Shown here one piece after another: positions 55,008-62,032 of a DNA stretch of 64,000 nucleotides. Origin of the DNA: a virus. The notes under the pieces were generated by a model, which was not told the origin of the DNA, did no database searches, and saw nothing but the letters and a program-made list of their open reading frames with translations. Location: IMG/VR virus record IMGVR_UViG_3300005471_000011, positions 32,001 through 96,000 of that record; one strand, written 5' to 3'. Every line of letters begins with the position of its first letter. Position 1 is the stretch's first letter. The position numbers and the translations under genes are program-made.

Positions 55008-55988
55008 CAGGTTAGGCACGGATCGTTATGACTGGCCCCGACTAGGTTTGTCATGCGCGGCTTGGCAGGCGAGATTTGCCCTGTTCAGGATCGTCGTGTC
55101 GCGGCGGCGCAGGCAGCGAGGGTCTGGTCGATGCTCGGCAAGGTCCGTCACGGCAGGCCGGGCTAGGCAAGTCTGATTCTGACACGGCAGTTCCCGGCAG
55201 TCGCGGTTAGTCTTGCTGCGACCAGTTAGGGCAAGGCAGGCACGGCCCGTGCCTGGATCGTGCCATAACGAACCGCGTCGGAACACGAACCGCGGCAGGC
55301 CAGACTGGTCAGGGGACGGCTCGAAAGGCACGGCACGATCCGTCATGGTGTGGCAGGCACGGCTAGTCAGGACTGCGCACGATCCGTTTTGGTCCGGCAG
55401 GCGCGACGCGACGTGATCTGTCTGGGAACGTCGTGACGAGGTCTGGCAGGTACGTCTGGTTGGGGCGCGATCCGTCATGGTATGGCGCGGCAGGCTAGGC
55501 ACGGCAGGACGCGGCAGGGCGCGACGCGGATGATCCCGGCAGGCAAGGTGTGTCGAGGCGAGGTTGATCGCGGTAAGATCGTGGCAGGCGAGGCATGTCC
55601 GGTCAGCGACTGGCATGCTGAGGCGGGTCGCGGCAGGGCGGCTTGGCAGGCGTGTTTTGGTCAGCCTCGGTGTGGCTTGCTTTGGCAGGCGCGGTTAGAC
55701 TGGTTTCGTCGCGACTAGGCACGGCAGGCACGTCTTGACTAGGCTGGGAGCTGTAGGTCGCGTTTTGGCTGGGCAGGCAGGTCTCTGCATGGTCCGGACG
55801 GAAAGGCTCGGCTCGGCAGGCACGCAATGTCACGGCACTGCGAGGTCAGCTATGGCGCGGAAGGGCAGGCATGTCACGAACCGTCAGCGCCCGGTTTGGC
55901 GAGTCGGGTCGCGGCAGGTTAGTCCAGTCAAGGACAGGTCAGGCATGCTTCGGTTCGGCAGGCAAGGCGTGGCATGAAAGTCCTGCCG
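55006..55988 (+). repeat. Noncoding array 2: about 21 GGCAGGC-anchored pentamer units
   Basis: Anchors at 55006, 55064, 55108, 55152, 55196, 55235, 55294, 55352, 55396, 55445, 55489, 55538, 55583, 55645, 55684, 55723, 55772, 55815, 55864, 55913, 55957; 15 of 20 spacings equal 4+5n. Confidence 0.85.
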
Positions 55989-56001
55989 ATGAAAGGAAAT
56001 C

Positions 56002-56847
56002 ATGAACTGGAAATCTCCGCCGGCAGACCAGTCTAAAGTCTGGCTGAACAAGTCTTTAGAAATTCAGATATTACTCGCGTGCAACTGGTCGTGTGTTAGT
56101 TGCGATCAGTTCAGCCAGTTCTCTAAGTTCGCCTGGGTCAAGAAGGGCACGATGAGTTTGGAGCAGATCGCGCACTTCTGCGCCGAGATGCGCGCCGGCA
56201 ATTTCTACTTCGGTCGGATTCGGCTGGTCGGAGGTGAGCCGACGATCCATCCTCGCTTCGGAGAGATCGTCGGCATGCTTCGCGAGGAGTTGATCGACAA
56301 CGGCCACGTAGCGGTCCTGGAGGTTGTCACCAACGGTTCGCACCCGGAGAAGATCAAGCCGGTGGCGCACCTGATCAACCGCGTGCGCGTCAGTGATGAT
56401 AACGACAAGCAAAAACATCACACGGCGAACCTGATTGCCACGCCGGCATCACTTGGCTACCAAGGAAAGCGGTGCAACCAGCCGGAGCATTGCGGCTGGT
56501 CTTTGAGCTATTATGGGTTTGCGCCTTGCAGCTCTGCCGGTGGAATCATGCGGCTGCGCGACCTGATGTCAGAGCACCAGCGAACCAGCCTTCCGCAGGT
56601 CAAAGGCACCGAGGCCAACTGGCCGAAGTTGCAGAATCTTTGCGACCAGTGCTACCATGCATTGCGTAGCGAGGACAAAATCAAGTCCGGCACGTCGGAC
56701 CCATCCAGGAACATGCCCAGCGAAGAAGCTGCAGTCCACGTCAACAAGTGGGCGGGCGGTCACAAGCCCGACTGGAAAATCTACGGGCAGGAAGCCAATG
56801 AAAATCCCGCTCATGGCGACGCGCTACGACCTGCCGGCGCTGTTTGA
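56002..56847 (+). CDS. Radical SAM protein
   Basis: CNWSCVSC, GGEPTIHP, VTNG, C-terminal Cys cluster (C..C, PC, CDQC). Confidence 0.85.
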   Translation: MNWKSPPADQSKVWLNKSLEIQILLACNWSCVSCDQFSQFSKFAWVKKGTMSLEQIAHFCAEMRAGNFYFGRIRLVGGEPTIHPRFGEIVGMLREELIDNGHVAVLEVVTNGSHPEKIKPVAHLINRVRVSDDNDKQKHHTANLIATPASLGYQGKRCNQPEHCGWSLSYYGFAPCSSAGGIMRLRDLMSEHQRTSLPQVKGTEANWPKLQNLCDQCYHALRSEDKIKSGTSDPSRNMPSEEAAVHVNKWAGGHKPDWKIYGQEANENPAHGDALRPAGAV

Positions 56848-57322
56848 CGCGCTGAAGTACCGGGTCGGCGCGGAGATTGGCGTTGACCACGGCTATTTCT
56901 CACGGCACCTGCTGGCATCGTCCAGGCTAGATCGTCTGTACTCCGTGGATTCCTGGCAGGGTAAGTTCGGCAAGTGCATCGCGGACGCCAAGCATTACCT
57001 CGCGGAGTTCGGGCATCGGTCGGAGATCATCCACCGCAGCGCGTCCCAGGCAGCGGCATCGCTGTCCGACAACAACGTGCGGCTGGACTTCGCGTATATT
57101 GACGCTTCCCATCGGGAGCAATCGGTAGCATTGGACATGCAGGACTGGGCACCGTTGGTCAAGCCGGGCGGGTGCCTGTGCGGGCATGACTACTGCGACC
57201 AGCCTATGACTGGGGTAATCCAGGCGGTGGACGGATTCGCGGCGGAGCGTGGGTTGCCGGTGTTCGTCACTTCCGAGCCGTGGGCGTCATGGCTAATCTT
57301 TATGCCGGAGCAAGCAGCATGA
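56798..57322 (+). CDS. Class I SAM methyltransferase, close paralog of 52084-52596
   Basis: TRYDLP, AEIGV..GYFS, LDFAYIDASH, VKPGGCLCGHDY, WASW. Confidence 0.85.
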   Translation: MKIPLMATRYDLPALFDALKYRVGAEIGVDHGYFSRHLLASSRLDRLYSVDSWQGKFGKCIADAKHYLAEFGHRSEIIHRSASQAAASLSDNNVRLDFAYIDASHREQSVALDMQDWAPLVKPGGCLCGHDYCDQPMTGVIQAVDGFAAERGLPVFVTSEPWASWLIFMPEQAA

Positions 57323-58077
57323 GCATCACCGTCGTTCGCGCCCTCTGGGGCGATATGGAAATGGTCACGCACGCCAAGGCGCAGACCGACGTCCGCGCGT
57401 GCCTGGAGCGCAATCAAGACCTTGGCGCGCCGCTCAAGGTGTTCTGCTTCGGGCAGAAGAACCTCCAGTTCCTCAACCGCTTCGGCGTGTCGGCAACGAT
57501 GCTGGACACGAACCCCGTCGTGGATTGGAACAAGACGAAAGCGCGATCCACGCTGGACCAGGGGCGCGTCAACTACGGGCTGTCCCAGTGGCGCCACAAG
57601 CTGGAGGCGGTCCTCGCTGGGCTCGCCGGCAGCCCTGGCGGCGTCATCTGGCTGGACTGGGATACCGTGGTCAATAAGCCAATCGACGCGGCGCTGCTCT
57701 CGTCCCTCGCTTCCGGTCCTCGCTTCCAGGGACGCATGCGGCAATATCACACGCCGCATGCTCCCTGGCGAGAGGCGGAGTTCGGCGTGCGCCGCGTCTA
57801 TCACGGCGGCTGCTGGTATGTGCGAGATCCCCAGGTCATTCACAAGGCAATCGGCGTCCAGGCGAAGCGCTACCCGAAAATGCCAGACGAGACGGCGCTC
57901 TCATGGTACGTGGACTACAAAATGCTCGACGGTCCCAAGCTTCCCGAAGCGCACCGGGAAGCCAAGATCGACAATCCGCTGCTGTACTCGACCAAGGAGA
58001 ACGTGATCCCGTCAGATGCCAAGCCGTATTTTTCCGAGGGCGCTGTCCGGCACGTCGGAAGGGAAAAGAAGCGGTAG
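57319..58077 (+). CDS. GT-A-like glycosyltransferase
   Basis: WRHKL, VIWLDWDTVV (DxD), GG, PDE; ATG at 57319. Confidence 0.55.
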   Translation: MSITVVRALWGDMEMVTHAKAQTDVRACLERNQDLGAPLKVFCFGQKNLQFLNRFGVSATMLDTNPVVDWNKTKARSTLDQGRVNYGLSQWRHKLEAVLAGLAGSPGGVIWLDWDTVVNKPIDAALLSSLASGPRFQGRMRQYHTPHAPWREAEFGVRRVYHGGCWYVRDPQVIHKAIGVQAKRYPKMPDETALSWYVDYKMLDGPKLPEAHREAKIDNPLLYSTKENVIPSDAKPYFSEGAVRHVGREKKR

Positions 58078-58824
58078 ATGAAACCACGATTCGAGCAGCT
58101 TGAAAAGCGCGACACGCCGGCGACTCTGTTCCTCGACTTCAACGGCAACGTAGAGGCCGATTGGGGCCAATGGCACAACATCCAGACGCCTGCCTTCCAA
58201 GGGGACGCGGCGAAAGTCACTGCGCTGGTTGCCCAGGACTTCGCCCGGTTCAATATTGATGTCGTAGCGGGCGAGGGTCAGCGGATCGAGGGCCAGACCA
58301 TGACCGTGGTTGTCGGCGGCGTCTGGCAGGACTGGTATGGCTACTACGCGGGAGGAACAGCATCGCATGGGGCATTCCTGAATACGAATCCCAGCGTGGC
58401 CTTTGTTTTCAGCAACTCTCTTGGCAACATGACCACCTTGGTCGCCTGCGCGATCGCTCACGAGACTGGGCACTTGCTCGGCTTGAATCATCAAGCAGCA
58501 TCGGGCTACATCATGAGCGTCTATGCCAGCAGTTCCCAGAAGTGGGCTGAGGGTGAGATCACCACGATTGGCGACCAGTTGGGTTTTGATTCCGACTACG
58601 TTGCACCAGCTCCTTTGATCATGCTGACCGTGCAGCCGAAGCTCGCCGGCTACCGCAAGTGGGAATGGCGAGTCGAGGCTAATCGCCTGCCGGCGGGAAC
58701 CTACGAGGTCAAAGCGACCTGGACAACAGCGCTGCCGAAAACGGTGCATGTTGTGGCTGGCAAGGTGCTCGTTATCCGGCTCGCGGCGAAAGTTGCAGGG
58801 CCGATATTGTTGCGGAAGATTTAG
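58078..58824 (+). CDS. Metzincin-type zinc metalloprotease with planctomycete-type N-terminal motif
   Basis: AHETGHLLGLNH plus Met-turn YIMS; LFLDFNG; N-terminus PRFEQLEKRDTPAT. Confidence 0.8.
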   Translation: MKPRFEQLEKRDTPATLFLDFNGNVEADWGQWHNIQTPAFQGDAAKVTALVAQDFARFNIDVVAGEGQRIEGQTMTVVVGGVWQDWYGYYAGGTASHGAFLNTNPSVAFVFSNSLGNMTTLVACAIAHETGHLLGLNHQAASGYIMSVYASSSQKWAEGEITTIGDQLGFDSDYVAPAPLIMLTVQPKLAGYRKWEWRVEANRLPAGTYEVKATWTTALPKTVHVVAGKVLVIRLAAKVAGPILLRKI

Positions 58825-58840
58825 ACACAAGGGAAAGATA

Positions 58841-59368
58841 ATGAACGCCATAATGATTGACCCAAAGCGGATATGGAAAACGTCAGACTTGGATTACTGC
58901 GTTGCCGAGGAATTGTTCGGCTGGAAGTGGCTCGCATATCTCGGAATTCCGGTAAGGGACACGCCGGGCTATCCGAACAAGGTTCTTGTGCGTCAGTTTT
59001 TCAGCCCCGGCATCGAGGCCAATAAGCATTGGCTGGACTACTTCGCGCATAAAGGAGGAGGATTTCAGCCAGCAACCGGCGATGAGCCACTGAGTTATCG
59101 GTATTGCTCCTCGCAGGGACCGGAGATGGTTCCGTATTTTAGCGGCCACCAAGAGGCGATGAGGGCGATGGAGGAGGAGTTGGACCGCCGCAATCTGTTT
59201 GACGATTACCAAAAGCATATTGCGGCGCAGCTTCGATGCCTCAATGACGACGAAACATTCGACGTGAAAAAAGTTAGGAACGCTGATTGCGAAACGCGAT
59301 GCATCGCAGCGCTGGCAGCGGTCGGCAGTAAGTATGTGACGCAGAATCCACCAGACGACGCGGCTTAA
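58841..59368 (+). CDS. Hypothetical phage protein (ABA-sandwich-like)
   Basis: LDYCVAEELFGW...VPYFS...CIAAL. Confidence 0.5.
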   Translation: MNAIMIDPKRIWKTSDLDYCVAEELFGWKWLAYLGIPVRDTPGYPNKVLVRQFFSPGIEANKHWLDYFAHKGGGFQPATGDEPLSYRYCSSQGPEMVPYFSGHQEAMRAMEEELDRRNLFDDYQKHIAAQLRCLNDDETFDVKKVRNADCETRCIAALAAVGSKYVTQNPPDDAA

Positions 59369-59374
59369 CAAATC

Positions 59375-59908
59375 ATGGAAGGTGCGACTAGAGAAGCGGT
59401 AATGGATCATCCGCCAGTCCGAGATAATTGGTTTCAAGCCGTCCGTAGAGCCTTCAGCGCGCAGGTCAAGCCGTTTGCCGGCAAGCCGATCACCTACGTC
59501 GAAACGGGCTGCTGGTGCGGAGCCTCTGCGGAGTGGGTCTGCCAGAATCTGCTGACGCACCCAGATGCCTGCGGCTATGGCATCGACCCGTGGGTATCGA
59601 TGGGCGGCAAGCACGACCAGAAACGCATGGATGAGATCGCGGCGTATGCTGACTTCGTGCTGGCGTTCCCGCATTTGAAGGTCGGGTCACTGGTCATCTG
59701 GGACGACTACGGTATCGCGCTGCGCAAGCCGGACCATCCGATCCCTGACGTAGCGGCGGCGGTGGAGTCGATCATGCACTCATTCAAGATATTCCTGGAG
59801 CAGACCGGGCAGGGCAAGCAGTTCTACGCGCGAGTGGTGCGCAAACCGGAGCTGGGGCGGTATATTGGTCCCGAAGAAATTCTGCAAGGAGCACGCGATG
59901 CCGGTTGA
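59375..59908 (+). CDS. SAM methyltransferase-like protein, apparently with internal in-frame deletion
   Basis: YVETGCWCGAS, GIDPW and D..LAF..LKVG.LVIWDDY are present, but the central IDG.H segment is missing. Confidence 0.6.
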   Translation: MEGATREAVMDHPPVRDNWFQAVRRAFSAQVKPFAGKPITYVETGCWCGASAEWVCQNLLTHPDACGYGIDPWVSMGGKHDQKRMDEIAAYADFVLAFPHLKVGSLVIWDDYGIALRKPDHPIPDVAAAVESIMHSFKIFLEQTGQGKQFYARVVRKPELGRYIGPEEILQGARDAG

Positions 59909-60623
59909 AGTGCCGCCGCTGGAGTTGACGCCCGGCGAGTATTCTTACTCCCACGATTGGTTCGAGCGGGACTACGGCTCCAAGCCGCACCTGAAGCGAG
60001 AAAGCACTCGGCAGCTCTACGAGCGGCTGCTGCTGCCGCAGAAGAACAAGATTCGCCGGATACTTGAAATAGGAATTTCCGAGGGCCGCAGCGTCGTCTG
60101 GTTCCTGCAAACAATGCAACCAACTGAATGGCTGGGAATCGATCCTTGGTTACCGGGGCGTTGGGAAACTTATCAGCCGGAGCATCGGCGCCGAAGGTTC
60201 TGGCACAACATGGGCGTTCTTGCTGGGGTCCAAGAACTCGTTGGCTTTCCACGCAAGGCAGATTACGGACTGCCTCGCGAAACATTCCGGCTACTCGATT
60301 GCCACTGCGCCGTCGCCTGGGCGAGGAGCCAGGAATATCTTCAGCACCAATACATACAGGACTACGGCAAGGAGAAATTCGACCTGGTCATTATCGACGG
60401 ATTACATCATGGATGGGGGGCGCTTACAGACGCGGTGCTCTCGTTCGGCATCCTGCGCAACGGCGGGTTGATCATCTTTGACGACACCCATCGTCGTTGG
60501 CAGCACGGCAAGGCGCACGTCCACGAGGCGGTCAACGGCTTTCACATGGGCTTTGAAGGATGGGTGAGACGCGAATTCGAGAACGGCCGACAAACTTGGC
60601 TGCGTAAAATCAGGGATACGTAA
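59898..60623 (+). CDS. Class I SAM methyltransferase (Methyltransf_24-like)
   Basis: YSHDWF, ILEIGISEGRS, GIDPW, FDLVIIDGLH, GGLIIFDD. Confidence 0.85.
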   Translation: MPVEVPPLELTPGEYSYSHDWFERDYGSKPHLKRESTRQLYERLLLPQKNKIRRILEIGISEGRSVVWFLQTMQPTEWLGIDPWLPGRWETYQPEHRRRRFWHNMGVLAGVQELVGFPRKADYGLPRETFRLLDCHCAVAWARSQEYLQHQYIQDYGKEKFDLVIIDGLHHGWGALTDAVLSFGILRNGGLIIFDDTHRRWQHGKAHVHEAVNGFHMGFEGWVRREFENGRQTWLRKIRDT

Positions 60624-60624
60624 A

Positions 60625-60903
60625 ATGCGGCTCGACGTCAGCACGGAAACAAAAATCACCCGCTGGCAAAAAGGACGAAAGAGAACCGCTTGCGTCTTGC
60701 CGCCGGGATATCGGGTGATCATCCGCGCGCCGAAACCGCTGTTTTTATGGGCGAGCACGCACGACGTTTGTTTCACACGGCTCCAGGATGCGCAGCGTGC
60801 CAAGGCTGCGCTGGAGCAAGCGGGTCTGGTCACATTTCAGGCGCTGATGAAAGCGGGACCGGAGAAGGTGCGGCAGATCATGCTTGAGGCAATGGCGTGG
60901 TAG
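60625..60903 (+). CDS. Hypothetical protein
   Basis: In-operon ATG ORF. Confidence 0.5.
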   Translation: MRLDVSTETKITRWQKGRKRTACVLPPGYRVIIRAPKPLFLWASTHDVCFTRLQDAQRAKAALEQAGLVTFQALMKAGPEKVRQIMLEAMAW

Positions 60904-60920
60904 CTCCTTGCGCCCCCCTG

Positions 60921-60948
60921 TTGACAAACCGGCACGGGCGGTTAAATT
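60921..60948 (+). promoter_or_regulatory. Promoter upstream of the tRNA
   Basis: TTGACA, 16 bp, TAAATT, ending 6 nt before the tRNA 5' end. Confidence 0.55.
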
Positions 60949-60954
60949 GGTCGC

Positions 60955-61028
60955 CGTGGGGTGGAGCAGCCCGGTAGCTCGCGAGGCTCATACCCTCGAG
61001 GACGGCGGTTCAAATCCGCTCCCCACAA
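60955..61028 (+). tRNA. tRNA-Met (CAT), initiator-like; CCA not encoded
   Basis: Acceptor CGTGGGG/CCCCACA with C1:A72 mismatch; D-arm GAGC..GGTA..GCTC; anticodon arm CGAGG-CTCATAC-CCTCG; T-loop TTCAAAT. Confidence 0.9.
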
Positions 61029-61276
61029 CTTGCCGCGATCTCCCGCGGATAATCACGTCCAGGAGACAAACGAGCCAATAGACAAAATTCGAGCGCTGGC
61101 CCGGTCTGTGGGTAGTCAATCCCGCAGTCATCCACTTGCGAATATCAGCGGCCTTCTTTGGCCCACCTGGACGGACGTCGTAGGGGAGAGGGAGAGCTGG
61201 GCCGGTGCTCGTTTTGCGCGCAGAGCCAGCGAAGCCTCACGCGAGCTTTGAGCCACGGACTGAAGGAACGACGGCT

Positions 61277-62032
61277 ATGGACGTCGGTGAGCGCCAGGCT
61301 GGCGCAGACGGTAGGCGATTCGTAATCATCGGCATGGACGCTTTTAAGGCGATCAGCCAAGTCGGCCATTCAGGATTCTGCGTGCTGGCAGCGCTCAACT
61401 CTTATGCGGACCAGCACGGCCGCTGCTGGCCTTCCCTGGAGCGATTGGCAGCCTTGACGTGCCTGAAAAAGCGGGCGGTCCAGAACGCTCTTGGAAAGCT
61501 CAGGAAAGCCGGTCTGGTGTCCTGGAAGCCGCATTATACCGGCAATCTAACCCAGACTTCCAATCACTACTTAATCGCGGTCAATGCCCTACCGTTGGTA
61601 GGGCGCACCAAAATGCGCGGGGAGGGCGCACCGGAGTGCGCGGGGAGGGCGCACCAAAATGCGCCCGAACTAGACCAGGGTGAACTAGACCAGGGTGAAC
61701 TAGAAGTGATTGACCATGTAAATGTCTTTGTTTCTTGTGAAGACTGGCAAGCGAAATTTAATGAATTCGTTTCCATGCTGCCGCGTCGCGCCGCGCCGGA
61801 GGACCGGGCGTTTGTTGGCCAGCTTGCGTGGCTGCTGAAATCTGGGGCCAATATCTGGCCGAAGATCCGTGACGCATTCGCCGGTGTCAAAGCGTGCCGG
61901 CCAAGGCACCCGGTCGCCTATCTGCGGACGATCCTCAACGGCACGGTCGGTGAGGAGACGCTGAAGGCAATGCTGCGCCGAGCGCCGAGCTATGACGAAT
62001 CCCGACGTCAACTTAAAGGAGCAGTCGCCTGA
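61277..62032 (+). CDS. Phage replication initiator (N-terminal HTH_36-like)
   Basis: L.SYAD..G.CWPSLERLA....KRAVQNAL..L...GLV...SNHY; PVAYLRTIL; upstream of dnaB. Confidence 0.75.
   Translation: MDVGERQAGADGRRFVIIGMDAFKAISQVGHSGFCVLAALNSYADQHGRCWPSLERLAALTCLKKRAVQNALGKLRKAGLVSWKPHYTGNLTQTSNHYLIAVNALPLVGRTKMRGEGAPECAGRAHQNAPELDQGELDQGELEVIDHVNVFVSCEDWQAKFNEFVSMLPRRAAPEDRAFVGQLAWLLKSGANIWPKIRDAFAGVKACRPRHPVAYLRTILNGTVGEETLKAMLRRAPSYDESRRQLKGAVA
61600..61742. repeat. Iteron-like repeats (putative replication origin)
   Basis: AGGGCGCACC at 61600, 61623 and 61646 (23-bp period); GAACTAGA(CCAGGGT) at 61667, 61682 and 61697; followed by an AT-richer stretch. Confidence 0.6.

Noticed and set aside
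53713-55977. ORFs spanning the arrays (53713-54510 +, 55026-55616 -, 55482-55718 +, 55735-55977 + and others)
   Set aside because: Recurrent RQA/WQA/ACR peptides are by-products of GGCAGGC; period 5 contradicts coding; no RBS.
53555-55988. Calling the two arrays canonical CRISPR arrays
   Set aside because: The only conserved element is a 7-nt anchor. There is no 23-50 nt direct repeat, the variable parts have internal 5-nt periodicity, and no cas1/cas2 is present.
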